From Antedon mediterranea (taxonomy: Eukaryota > Animalia > Echinodermata), in contig NC_092678.1 in NCBI RefSeq assembly GCF_964355755.1, forward strand, positions 18,927,365 through 18,991,364: DNA of 64,000 nucleotides, given 5' to 3'. Below are positions 27,501 through 42,500 of the stretch, in pieces. Position 1 is the first letter of the stretch. Each line of letters starts with the position of its first letter. Position numbers and translations under genes: made by a program. Under the pieces are notes generated by a model, which was not told the origin of the DNA, did not search any database, and was given only the letters and a program-made list of their open reading frames with translations.

Positions 27501-30500
27501 TTTATGTTACTGCTCTTTCTGCTTTGCTGTTGCTACTTATGTTGTTGCTGCTGCTTTTGCTGTTGTCGTTGTCGTCTTTGTCAAAAGATTAGATTCACAA
27601 ATAGTAACATTTCGTTTAAATAAAGTAGTATTAACAAAAGTATTTCTTGATTCAACAGATTGTGTGAAAAATATGCATCTAACGACAGGTGATGCTATTA
27701 ACATAACATCCCCATATTACCCAGAAAACCATAACAATCAGTACTGTGAGTGGATCGTGGAAAGTCCACAAAATACAGGAATTCTACTCACGTTTTATGA
27801 CTTTGAGCTACAGAGCTGTTGTGACTTTGTGAATATCACTTATGTTGACACCATTGGCAATACATTGACTGAATTTTACACTGGAAGGCATATTTACAAT
27901 ATTCTAGCTAAAACTTACCTAAGTATAATATTTCAATCTAACTACAACGGTATTAATAGAGGATTTGCTGCAAAACTGGAAGTTGTTGACATCGGTATGA
28001 TTACATTTTATATGTATTTGACACACGTTTTCCAATATTTGCTATTGTTTTAAAACTTTAAGTAATTCAGATTGAATTTTTTTTTATCAATTTCAATACA
28101 ATAACATCTTTTCTTTTAGAATGTCCTGGATATTTGTGCTTAAATGGTTCTCGTCGTGGTGTTTGCTTAAATAGATCTTTAGTTTGTGATGGAACTGATA
28201 ATTGTGGTGATTTGTCTGATGAAAGAAAGGGATGCACAGACCGTGAGTCAAATATTATTATAAGGAAAAACGCATATGAAATTGAATAACGTTTATTATA
28301 GGCCGGAATTATTATTTTTTGCTGCTGTTGTGGCTGTTGTTGTTTTTCTTTTTCATTTGTTTTCAAAACCAATAAACATCAAGTGCTCAGGGATCACAAT
28401 CCATAACAAAAACAGAAGATACAATAACCGTAAAAACAATACAATAGACAGATGTCTTTATCTGAATGACATTGTTAGAAGTGTTCTACCTTTTTTTCTA
28501 ACTTTTTCAACGATTTGCCCCAAATAGAGGTGTTTTCCGATCGTGGTATACACTGTCTAATGGGTGTTCATCTTGAAAAATACCTGCACACAATAATACG
28601 AGGATGTTTCGCATTTACCTATCTTCCTCTAGGATAATTGTTTTTAATAGCTGAAAACTTGTTGAACTGCTCGAGTACAGCATCATAATGTTAAAGAAAG
28701 GCCGATTTAAAAAAAATACTATTTTGATAGGTTTAATATACAGTACGTGTATACAAATGTATTGATTTATGAATGGAACATTCAAATCTCTCAGTCTCAG
28801 TATAATTATTGGTTTAACACAAGTAGGTAAATGTATGGGTTCCTCCTGGGGGAAATCTTAAAACCTTGAGATATAGTATATTAAATTATGCTTAATTCTG
28901 ACATAGGCGATCGTGAAAGGTCTCCGCCTTGGATACCTACCTCATCTATCTCAGATGTACCGCCAAACGTAGATTTGATAACATTAGTTCTCACTATTAC
29001 GATATTGTTCCATATTACTCTCTTAGGAAGATATCATGGAGGGTTTTAAAACGAAATTTTGGGTTTCATCGGTAGATTTTTAAGAGTCGGCAGAAATAAT
29101 AAAGTGGTGAAATATTTTTTGTTTTTAAATTAGGTTCTATAACCTGTAACTTTGATGTTGACATGTGTGGATGGGACCCGTATCCAAATAATGGTATTTA
29201 TGATACACCGTGGCAACTTTCCACGGGGACAACTGATAATAACATCCTCCCTGGTTCAGGTAAGATTTCTGTTTGAAAGTTAGAACACAAAATTATAAGG
29301 AATATAAAAATAAGGGTACACAAGTCTACAAGCCTCACTTAATCACAGTAGCTACCCCAATACAATGTCTAGCTAAATACCTCTATTTAATCGAAATCTT
29401 AAAAACTTTTTTTTTATCTAAATAATAGTTTAAATAATATTGTTAGGACTCTTTGTAGGGCTTCATATACAAGCCTAATAATAGAATACAATTTAAACAG
29501 ATTTTATTTCTATAGTAATCTCAGTAAACTTATACTATATTATGCTTGTGACAAAATTCCCAAAGTTCTGAATGTAATTTCTAACACATTTATCCGTAAC
29601 ATGTCTTTTGATAACCATTTAATATCCTAAACATACAAAAACAGGAGCTTGACTTTTAAACAACAATTGTTTTCTCATTGACAGGTGATTACTATGCTTT
29701 CATTCAAAAGTCTATAACTTCTTCGAATGCGAATGGATATATGTGGACCACAGAGATACCCTCGAGTTGGGGTGATTTCTGTGTTAAGTTCAACTACTAT
29801 TTGAGTGATAAAACTGATTTTTTATATATTCAACATTATCGTTCGTTTGATAGGCGGATTACACAAAAAAGATTTTACTTTACAAGCACAGAATGGATGC
29901 TAGGAAATGTTAGCTTTTCAACGAGTACTCCTATCAACCGTGTGAGATTCCATGGAAGATCATATAAAAACATTGTAGCCATCAGCAACGTTAACATCAG
30001 TAGAGGAATATGTGAAGGTAATATGTTCAAATTCGGTAATATTGTTAATAACGAATGTTGATTCCCAGTATTAGTAAGATAAAATTGATGATTGCGGTAA
30101 TTAGTCTAATAAAAGACAACATCTAGAAATTGAAAACATTCTATTAATGAAAGATTTCTTTCGATTCCTTACATCTAATCCTAATAAGGGGCTTATTTTA
30201 AAAATGGTCACCAAAATACACTAGACAATTAAACAGCTGCTGCTCATCCCAATGATCAAATGCCCATAATTTGGGATTACAAAGAGAATATATATTTCTA
30301 TTTAGATAAGTTAGGCATAACAAATATACGTTTTTTATTTGACAAAATTCAATTTGTATTTTCAATTCCATTCTATTTGGTGGTGTTGAATAATGATGGT
30401 TAGACCCTGGATTTCGCTCCATTGAACATGCAAATGCCAAGAGTACAAAATATAGAAGCCGCACAGCCAACTATATCCTTATATTGTTAACATCAATGCT

Positions 30501-33500
30501 TTTGTTACTACGTCAATGACCTCCCCACTTCGGGGCTGATAAACATCTAATTTCTGGCTCGATATAACTCAAATTCAAAAACCATAATAGATATAGTTCT
30601 TTATACATATTAATTTTACAGTCATATATGTAAGCGTTATGCCTTGTGTTTGCATCAACATCGTGAGTTTTTGGTCGACAGATTTAGATATAGAGCAAGC
30701 ACGTCACGTTACTGATATGTTATAACATACATCCCGATGCGCATTTTGAGTTAAAGATTAGTATAATTCATATTTTGAATATAAAAAATATAGTTTTGTT
30801 TATCAAAATGAGTCGGATCTTTGGTTTGAAATTCAAAATAAATTAATGGTGCAAAAATCGGGAATATTCTAGGTCAAATATTTGTTTTGTTATATATATA
30901 ACCTATATATAATAATGTTTGACGTTGGGAAAATTAAATGATTTAGAGAATGTCTGTTTAGTTTAATAACTACTTAATGTAAGTTCATTATTTAATTATG
31001 AATAATGCACAATTGAATAATATTAGGAACCGATATACTACCAGAATAGCAAGTAACAGATGGAATTAATTCTAACTTATTTATTGTATCTTTTCAAGCC
31101 AAGTTCAATCCGACACGTCCCTTATAAATGTTCTTAAGAAGATATGTTATTGTTAAGTTATTGTTTAGCTGCAATGCTTTAAAAACTATCTTTCTCTAAC
31201 ACTTGTAATTGAACTTGGAAACCAATACCATTTTTTTTCTTGTGTTTGTGTATGGTACAAATTAGGTTCTATAACGTGTAACTTTGATGTTGACATGTGT
31301 GGATGGGACCCGAATCCGTTTACTGGTACTTATACTATACCGTGGCAACTTTCTAAGGAGACAAATGATAATAATATCAACCCTGGTCTAGGTAGGTTTT
31401 TTTTTTGCAAGTTAGAATATGAATATAACAATTAGAGTATACACATCTACAAGAGTATCTTATTAATCACAGTAACTACAACAATACAATATTGTGTCTA
31501 GCTACACACAATTTAAACAGATGTGATTTATATAGTAATATAAGTTAACAAGATAAACTAATCCGATAGGAACTATTAAACAAATTACCAAAGTTCTGAA
31601 TATAATTCCAAACACATTTGTTCCTATCATCTATTAATTACTATTCAATAAACATTTTTTAAACATAGAAAAACACAGACTTGATGTATAAATACCACTT
31701 GTTTTATTATTTACAGCCGACTACTATGCTTTCATTCAAAACAGACCTGGAAGGCTGGCAAATGGATATATGTGGACATCAGAAATACCATTGAGTTTGG
31801 GTGATTTCTGCGTTAATTTCATCTATTATTTGAGTGAAAAAAGAGATTATATACAAATTGGACACTATAGTTTGTTCAATAATTTGGTTACAGAAAACAC
31901 ATTCTACTTTACAAGCACAGATTGGAAACAAGGCGAAGCAAGCTTTTCCACGAGTACTCCTACCAACCGCCTGAGATTTAGTGGAGAAACAAGAAACATT
32001 GTAGCTATCAACAACGTTAATATCAGTAAAGGATTATGTGAAGGTAGGCATAATTATTTTACAAAATAAACAAAATGAATATGCCCTTTAATGATAACTA
32101 AAACAGCTGTTGAGATAATGCACAAAATGGCATTTGGGCTTATATTCTGGAATGAAATAACAAAGCAAATTTAAATCTTAGCTCTGATATGCATTAAGTG
32201 GGTACACATTTCAACTGGATAAGATAAGCGTAGCTCCCACCAACTGATATGAGTGTTTAAGTGTACTTTCAAGTACATATGTTTACGTGCACAATTTCCA
32301 GTAGGTACAATGAGCTTATAAACATACATAGGTAGATATTTCAAATGTGTACCAAAATAATTTTTGACTTGGTTATTGTCAAAATTAAATAATGATGTAT
32401 GTTGGTTCTATATGCTAATTCAATTAATTAAGTTATCTATTAGGAATGTTCTGTCTTTTCATAGAATATCATTTTTTTATCTTTCTTGACATTAACTTTT
32501 TATAATATAAAATATTATTATTATTAGGCCTACTGCCAATACAGCACATATTATCAAGCACTAATAATGTAGTAACATTTCCTCCAAATGAAAATCATTA
32601 TAATTATTAAAAATATTAATTAAAGTATTTCTTAATTCAATAGATTGTGGGAAAAATATGTATCTAACAACAGGTGATGCCATCAACATAACATCCCCGT
32701 ATTACCCAGAAAACCATAACAATCAGTACTGTGAGTGGATTGTGGAAAGTCCGCAGAATACAGGAATTCTACTCACGTTTTATGACTTTGATCTACAGAG
32801 CTGTTGTGACTTTGTGAATATCACTTATGTTGACACCATTGGCAATACATTGACTGAATTTTACACTGGAAACAATATTTTACATATTCTGGCTAAAAGT
32901 TACTTAAGTATAATATTTCAATCTAACTACAACGGTGTTAATAGAGGCTTTGCTGCAGAAATGAAAGTTGTTGACATAGGTATGTTTACATTTTATATTT
33001 GTATTTGTCGGGTTTTTTCATTACATTGTTATTGCTTACAAATGTTAATATGTATTTCAGATTGTATTTTTTTATTAATTTAATTAATATAAAACATATT
33101 TTCTTTTCTTTTAGAATGTTCTGAATATTTGTGCGTGGATGGTTCTCGACTTGGAGTTTGCTTAAATAGATCTTTAGTTTGTGATGGAAATGATGATTGT
33201 GGTGATTTGTCGGATGAAAAACATGGGTGCACAGATCGTGAGTTAGTTAGTATATAAGTAAAACAGCAACTTGAAATTAATAATATAATGCTATTAGGTG
33301 TCAGAATTTGTTATCCGTAGTAATGAATATGATTTTGGATTTATTATTTCAACCCGCAATGGGGTTCTTTCGCATCGGAACGGTAAGCAAAGAGGACTGT
33401 AAGCAACAGAGCGTGACGCAAACCATGTAGACGCGGGTTTGGTTGGCGTTAGTCTTAGGTTTATGAAGTTCAAACTAAAGTTGAACTAAAACATCTAACT

Positions 33501-36500
33501 AAAACCTTAAACGAGGCGTAAAAGGATTCTTATTTATTTATTATGAATCTAGAAGAATGAAAATGAATTAACAGTCTACGCATTTTGAGGTTTTTAGTTA
33601 ATTTTACAACTAGAAATGAACAACCTTGTCCTTCCACGTGCATTCGCTTCGTACTGATTGACCATTTTTTGTTTGTTCTATCGGACCGGACGTTAAATCC
33701 ACAAATTGTACTACCAATGAGAACGGAACGGAATATACAGTACTGCATACGCAAATTCATATTTTGTATAACTTCTAGTTCTAGTTGTCCAATGACCTAG
33801 GTTATCGTAGGGGTCGTAGCAGATGAGATACTCACCATGATACGATACACAGGCAAAGCTCCCAGCGGTGCCTATCTCCTCTCCGGGCTGGAGACTTACC
33901 GTATCCTTCTACATATACCATCCCCATTTGTCAGTTTTACCTCCCGAAGCGCATTATTTCTACCGTAATATACATTCCAAAGCGCATTTTGGGTTACTTA
34001 AGACTCACTTCGAACTCTGTGTATTCAAGTATAATCCATATTTTAAAGCCTGTAATGGTTTTTTTTTTCGAAGAAATGCGTCGGACCTTTTGTTAAAAGT
34101 TTATATGTTTGCAAGAATAGAAAATATTTCAGGTCAAATCTGTTACTTATTTGATTTGAATTAAAGAAAGAAAAATATATGATTAATTCAATTTTGAAAA
34201 GTATATTAGGAAACCAAAAAGCAGGAAACAAATATAATCAATGTTAACTTATTCCTTATGCTTTTTTTTTTGTTAAATACTAGGTTCTGTAACTTGTAAC
34301 TTTGATCTTGACATGTGTGGATGGGACCCGTATCCGAATAGTGGTTTTTCGTATATACCATGGCAACTTTCCAACGAGATAACTGATAATACTACCAACC
34401 CTGGTCCAGGTAATATTTGTTTGTAATTTGTAAGAATAAAATAAAGAGATATAAAAATAAGAGTACACAAATCTACAAGGCTTTAAACTTAGCTACTCAG
34501 CTATAATACTGTGTACATATACACTTTGCTTGTTATAGTAATCTTAGTAAACAAGAACAGCTGATCCGACGATAAGATTTTTATTTTTTTCTGACAAAAT
34601 TACCAAAGTTCTAAATAATTATAAATCTAAACAAATGCCAAGTTCAGTATGTTTCTTTTGTTTGTTTTTTCTTTTTCTTTTTTTTTTACACTTTATTCAA
34701 TCAATCGTAATAATTTTGTTATTCATCATTTAATAAAATTGTTTAAAACATAGAAAATAACAGGCTTGATTTTTAAACACCACTTGTTTTCTTATTTACA
34801 GGCGATCAATATGCCTTCATTCAAAAGTCTGGATCCCAGTCTTATACAAATGGATATATGTACACCACAGAGATACCATCGAGTTGGGGTGATTTCTGCG
34901 TTAATTTCAACTATTATTTGAGTGATACAAATGATCGTATTGAAATTGAACACTATAGTTCGTTTGACAATTCGGTTGCAACTAAAAGGTTCTACTTTAC
35001 AAACACAGAATGGAAGCTAGGCCATGCTAGCTTTTCCACGAGTACACCTATCAACCGTCTGAGATTCTATGGGAGAACATATAGTAACATTGTAGCTATT
35101 GACAACGTAAACATCAGTAGAGGAACATGTGAAGGTAAAATGTAATCCATCAAAAAAAATTAAAAATAATTATGCTCTATAATGAGAATTAAAACTGCTT
35201 CTAAGATAAGGCACATTTTAAATGAAATGACATTGATGCTTTTTACATTTTCTGAATTTAATTAATAAATAATAAATAATTAGTTCAGCATGTACTAACT
35301 GAATACAATTTTAAACTCAAAACGATAAGCTTAGCTCCTTGCTAGAATTGTTTTACTTGCGAAAAAACGTTTTTATACAAGCACAATTACACACTCGGTA
35401 TGTACAATGATAATAGGTAGAAATTTGAAATTTGTACCAATATGATTGGTGATAGTTCGGGATATTTTGAGCTTTCCACAATGCTTCAATTGTTTTGCGT
35501 CACGCGTGCATTACACGTAAGTTTTTTTCTTTAACCCCTACGTCAACAATTTCCATGAACTATCCAAATAACGTCATACGTAAAACGTAGAAAATCGTAC
35601 ATGCGCTATGGGCAATTTAATGCTAATCAGAATGAACGGTGAGCTTATTTCTTATTTTTATAGAAGCCAATGAATTATAGATATAATTTAAAATTTAAAA
35701 TTTGAATTTCGAATTTTTGAATTTTGAATTTCAAATTTGTATTTTCCTAATCAAGCAGCTGACTTTCTCATGGGTTACCTTTTTATTTTGATAAAGTTAT
35801 GACGTTTCCACGCATGCACAATTTGAATAACTTGGGTCGTGTAAATTCAAGTACATCGTGGCCGGAACTAAACAATGGAATGACCTCCCTATAAAAAAGT
35901 TATATTTGTTATTGCTTTTAAAAAGTGAGTTCAAGTGCGGCCGCTGTCAATACTGACGATTGGCTACCATTTGTTCAATCCTTTTTTTTTTCCAAGCAGG
36001 TCTGTTTTGAGCAAGACGCTTGGCTTCCACTTAATTCAATCCTGTCCTTTCTTTGATGTTTTCAAACCATTGTTTCCTCTGACGTCCTCTCTTTTTCTTC
36101 CCTTCCACACTTCCTTCTTTTATATGTAGTGCACTGCCGCTTCCTCTTATAATGTGACCAAAGTAGGATACTTTTCTTGTTATCTCCCCCCAGTAGTTGT
36201 CTTTTCACCCCAAATTGTTCAAGTATGCTTCTGTTCTTTTCTCTTTCCATTTGATGTTTAGCAATCTTCTCAAGAAGTATATTTCGGCAGCAAGCACCCG
36301 GTTCTTATCTGCTTTTTTAAGAGTCGAAGCCAAAAAAAAGAAGTACACGCCATACACGAATTGTGATTAATTTCATCTTCAGCTCTGTTACAAGATTGCG
36401 ATCATAGATCCTGAAGTTATAGCATCCTTCTTTTGGCTGTTCCGATTTTTAATATCAATTGTGCAGTTTGCATTGGAGGTTTAAACTGAGTCTAGATACT

Positions 36501-39500
36501 TGAAGTGTTTAAACTGTTCAACATATTCTACATCTTTCATGATATTATACTCATTTGCATCTCCCTCAGCAACAAGAAGTTTTGTTTTCTTCACGTTAGG
36601 TTTGAGATTCATATTCTTTCCATTTTCATTTATCGCTGATGTTAAACTTCCGATGCCTTCTACTGTTGTTTCAAGAAGTGCTGTTTCATCGGCATATCGG
36701 ATGTTAAAAGTTGGTGTGTCCCCTGTTTTGACACCATAAGGTTCCACTTCAGCGTCACGCATTACTATCTCTGTGTATGTCACAAAAATATGATTCTTGT
36801 CTTAAACCTTTTGATTCCGTACGTCAGTATTTCATCATTCGACCTGATCTTCTCTCTCTGGTTTATGTACAAAAAAGGCAACAGTTTGCCATTTCTGTCA
36901 TTACAACAAGCAGTTTGACGTGTGACTGATCTAATCAAAATGCTTTTCCATTAGTATCTGAAGACATACCAGCATGTCTCTGGTTCGTCATCATTTCCGG
37001 TAAGCACCTAATTGATATCTGGTAGTTGTTGCTCCAGTTTTGCCTTCAGGCGATACATGGTGATTATATAGTTTAAGCAATGTTTGGGATCTCCAGACTT
37101 GTATAACATCACAAACGTTTGTATTTCACAGTAGTCCGGCCACTTATATTTATCCATAATGCTTTTTCAAATTGGGTGTAATGCTTCTGTTCTATGCTGC
37201 CCTGTAGATGTATTTATTTTTAAGTTCGGCAGGCACTCCATCAAGATCCAGGTGATTTTTCCGAATTCAGTTTGCTGACTGCATGCTCAACTTCAGACAA
37301 AAGTGGATGTGGTACAGCTTCTTCCACGAGTGATTTTGGCATGGAAAGTGGTTCCTGACATATTCTTTCCATCTGATCTGATATCTACTGATTCATTGAG
37401 CATATTTCCATATCTGTCTTTAATACATGTTTGCTGTGTTGAGGAAGATTTTGTTTAATTTGTTCAAAAATTTCTTTTGATTTGCCATTAGAATCAAAAT
37501 TACTGATCTGCTAACAGTGTTCTTCTATTATGTGCTAGTCTTCCATATGAGTGCAAGTACGTTGCCAAACTACTTGGTACCAGTCATATGATCATAAACT
37601 TCTATGGAATTATTCTTATTTGTATGAGATTTTGTAAATGAGGAAACTTAATGATCATTTTCAACAGAAAAAATGCCAAGGAAGTTGTATTCCTGCTGTC
37701 TTAACATTTTCTCAGTTATTAAAGCAGTTTTTATTTTATGATGTCACAACTATCATAATTATGACATACTGTAGTTACGTCATACGTTGTTATTTATATT
37801 TTTATTTATTTTTATTTTCCGTTTTTAATTTTCCTTTGTAATTGTTATTAGTTATTACTATATTATTAGTCGTTCGTTTCATCAAATGAATAGATGCACA
37901 AATAGTAATATTACGTACTGACATAACTGTTTCTTTAATCAATAGATTGTGTGAAAAATATTTATCTAACAACAAGTGATGCTATCAACATAACAACCCT
38001 AGAAAACCATAACAATCAGTACTGTGAGTGGATCGTGGAAAGTCCGCAGAATACAGGAATTCTACTCACGTTTTATGACTTTGAGCTACAGAGCTGTTGT
38101 GACTTTGTGAATATCACTTATGTAGACACCACTGGCAATACCTTGACTGAATTTTACACCGGAAGACATGTTAACACAATTTTAGCTAACACTTACCTAA
38201 GTATAATATTACAAAAAAACTATGAAGGTGTTACCAGAGGATTTGTTTTAGAACTGAAAGTTATTGGTCAGTTTACATTTTTCCCCAATTACATTAAAAG
38301 TTTATAAAAGTAATATGTATTTCAGATTTTACTCTTTCTTTACAATTTCAATAACGTAAAAATCTTTCTTGGTAATGTTCTGGATGAGGTGCTCGTACTG
38401 GTGTTTGCTTGATTAAACGTTCCGCAAAGGAATCGCGACCCAAATCTGCGTAGTGGCTTAAGAAATTGAAAACAAAATAACGATGTTTTAGCATGGTACG
38501 GAACTTTACAACAAAAATAGTGAAGTGTCGAGAATGCTGTTTTTTGTTACGTGGTTTAGTAGTTTGATCGTGGCGAAAAAAGTATGTAAACATATCAAAC
38601 GTTATTGATATGTGTGGCTTAAATTTCAGAAGTATTGAATTACTGGTGATCGCGATGTAATGCAAAATCTTGTGTGGCTGTGACGCGACACAGTCAAGAC
38701 AATAAAGAAGAAATCCTACGGTGATTTTTCTCTTGATCGGTGGATTAGCACAACGTGCCTTAAAAATCAAAATGCAATGAACTAGGTCCATATTCCTTAA
38801 TGTTCAGACCTCAACTCCAACCATGTTGGGGCTGAAGGAGCGAACTATTTTACATTAGCTTTATTTCGTTGGTCCAGGTTTGTGATTGGGCAGTTGTTTT
38901 TTCCACGGAGCATTATTTTTTCTCCTGAGGTTAAGGAACACATTTTAGGCTACAATATAAAAAGTTTGCGGAATGTAGTTTTCGACCTACTGTAGACTAC
39001 TGGACCAAGAGACGCTTCGAACCCTATGTCATCTTATTACAATATTACTACTGCATACAATTTGTATTTGAGAAATATAAATATTGCAATTGAAAATATT
39101 AAAAAACACAACATACAAATTATATTGTCAAGTTATCAATTGTAGCAGAGTTTTATTTTTATACATTATCTTATAGATTATAAATTATATGTAATGTTAC
39201 ATTTTTAGAAAAGATTATTAACACTTTAACGTACATTGTTTTGGCAGATGATGTCAGTCCAGATGTTGTTTGTCCTCTTAATATTACTACAGGTGCGTTC
39301 AACTCGGACCAAGTTTCAGTTTCCTGGATTAACCCGACTGTTACTGACAACGTTGATACAGGTCTGTCAGCTACTTGTACTCCACCTTCCGGGTCGTCAC
39401 TTAAAGTTGGTTTAACTGAAATTACATGTATCGCTACTGATATTTCTGGAAATGTTGGTATTTGTAGTTTTTTTGTACATGTCACAGGTAAGTTTAATTT

Positions 39501-42500
39501 TACATGTTTTATATCATTTGAATTAAACTAAAAATCACCAGTTGTGAGAACGAAATGGCACTAATACACTTCAGAACTCTGACATAAGCAATAAATTGTG
39601 TTTATTGACTTTTATTATTAAGTAATTGTTTATTATTTTCGGCCTACTAAAGAAATATCTTTTTTTTAAGATACTGGTGATCCCATTTTGACATACCTAT
39701 TTTACATTCAGTCATTTTTAGTAATAAAGAATAAATGTATAATTATTCTTAAATTTACGGATTCGTTAAAGTGTCATCAATTGCCATCTTTCTTCGTTAT
39801 TTCTATACTTCTTCATCATTAACTTTTTCTATCTATCTTTCTCGCCACGAACTAACACATTTTTAAATGCGGGCATAGATTTAAAAGCATTCGCCAAATA
39901 ATATTGTATTTATATTCTCATGACCAACAGGATTTTATTAGATACAAATTGTGGATGATATTGTAAGCAAACTAGGGGCTACAATGCATATATTTTATTT
40001 ATATTTTAGATAAAGAATGTGATGATTTGTTGCAACGTTTGGATAATCTGACCTCAACATGCGGTGAACTTCAACAACTAAACGGCTTTCCAAACGTGGA
40101 AGGTTCCCAAAACCTATTTAGTTTTAGATTAACTTCTTCAGAGGCTACGAATATAATAGCAGGGGTACGTATATATGTATTACCTTCAATAAAAACAAAA
40201 CAGATTTAGAATGCACAGAAAGAGAGACCATTATTGTCATAATGTTATAGTTGATATATCACTTTGAGCAAACATTAGATAACAACATATTTACCTAATA
40301 AAACCGTAATTTTAAGTGAAAGTCAACAAGAAGTCCATTGTCTGGAATAAATGCCTTTTTGGTTAAATAGTAAAACAACAGAATGACATATTCACAGTTT
40401 GCTTTATTCATCATTATTATTATTATTCATGTTTTTGTTTTTTTATAAAACATCTCGATAGTTATATCAAAATTTCAATATATAGTAGATGAATGAAAGT
40501 GATTTAAATTTAGTTTAATGCTATCGCAAAACTTTTGTTTCATAGATTGAAGTTAATATATATGCATACATGGGGAACGAGATTACAGAAAACGGCACAC
40601 TGTTTGTAGCCTTACTTTCATCTGATCTATCTATCGTTGACATTCCAGTTATTCATTTCAGGGTAAGAAAACACTATTCTTAATAACACAACAATTATGT
40701 ATTCATAATAAAGAAGTAGTTTTACTAAAAAAAACTGTAACATTATGAATTGATCATAAATATTATATAAATGTTTTAATAAATGCATACTAAAGCAAAT
40801 CATATCCAAATACAAACACAGTAATGGGCATAGTATGCTTACAGTTGCTGGTAAATACTGTACATATAAATCAAAAAGCTGGATAGGCTTGGTAGATAAT
40901 TATACATATTTGTAAATTGGTCATGATTCAACTCTTGATGTCATCATTTTGATGATTAATACCAATTGAAAATTGTTTTTTTATCTAAAAAAAACAGTAT
41001 TAAAATAATTCTTATATTACTTTCTTGTTTTATAATCGTTGTTTTTGACATACTTAAACCGGTAGGTAATTGACCTTTACATCATAAAAAATATATTTCA
41101 GGTATATCTCAAAGATGAAAAAACATTCTTCGAAACAAACCTGGCTGATCTCCACAATTTCGAACAATATGGCCAACAGCTTGTTTAGTTATCGTTTCTT
41201 CCTGATAGCGATACAGAACACAAATTACTTTCACCGATCACTTGTTTGAGTCAATATGAACAATCTTGCGTAACTCTCACCATAAGATCATTTATATCAG
41301 ACTGTAAGGATGTATGTATTGATAAATATACAGAATGGATACAAGGAAGCGAAGATATATACAATTGTGAGATGACTTCAATAGATAGTGTTATTGACGA
41401 GTTGTATGGAAAATGTATCGGTATGTAGGAAACGCAATTACTATTTTTAATTATGTGTTTTGTTTTTTAACTTTTTATTGTTATCAAATCATATAACTAT
41501 AGGCCTAACATTATTAAATAGAAAATGCTAAGACTTAGTATTAAATGTTTTTACTTATTTATAACAGCACAGCCTACCTAATAGTATTATTAGACTGCAT
41601 AGGGAGTTTAATTTACGTACAATTATCGCGTCGTATTTCTGGATAAAAAACTCGATAAGAAATCTCCCTATTCCGAGAATATAACGATTTAACGCCATTC
41701 CCTTCTGGTTTTTCCAGTACACAAAAGACTGCTTTAAACAAATTAAAAGTAAACGTTACAGTAATCAAAAAACGACCAAGCATCCCGATATGTCAAAAAC
41801 ATCCCAATATGTCAAAAAAACCACTCCAGAGCCATCAATACTACAAAAGCCATCAAATCCCACTTAGTACAAAAAAAATATTGTATTGTTTGGAAATTAA
41901 TTATTAATATCGTTTCTCTCTTTCTTGGTTATTTCTATACTTCTTCATTAACCTTTTCTATCCATTGACCTAATCAAGTTCCACCATGAAACATAAAGGC
42001 GCGTTAAACTCTAACCTGGATTAAATAAATGAAGGAATTATTGAATTATTTATTATAATTATGCAGTGAAACAATTCATTAGCTGACTTATTACTGCCTT
42101 AACTGTAAAAGAGTTATTGTTAAATTGATACATTTATTACATTTTTTACAGATAACAGTGCAACAAATCCTTGTAGAAATGGAGGCATTGTTGTTCAGCC
42201 TTATGAAATGATTTTTGAAATTCAAACTGTAACCGATGACTTTTATTGCGCATGTCCACCTGGTTTCAGAGGTCCAACTTGCACAGGAAAAATTGGTTTG
42301 TTACTTTTACATTTGATTTTTATTCAATGTTTATGCATTGTTGTGAAAAACCTACACCGCCACACAGAATACTAATAATAAATTGGAGAAACCTTGATAA
42401 TAATGAAATGTCCTGCCATTATAATTAGATTTTTTATTTGTTAAATGAAATATCTAAAACATTTATAAATTTTTTTAGGATTATAATTTATAGAACTACT

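Noticed and set aside
27460-27658. Cys/Ala/Val-rich apparent signal or TM segment before CUB2
   Set aside because: Translation of an intronic microsatellite upstream of the acceptor at 27658
41186-41188. Selenocysteine recoding of the internal stop
   Set aside because: The codon is TAG, not TGA, and paralogues have Ser
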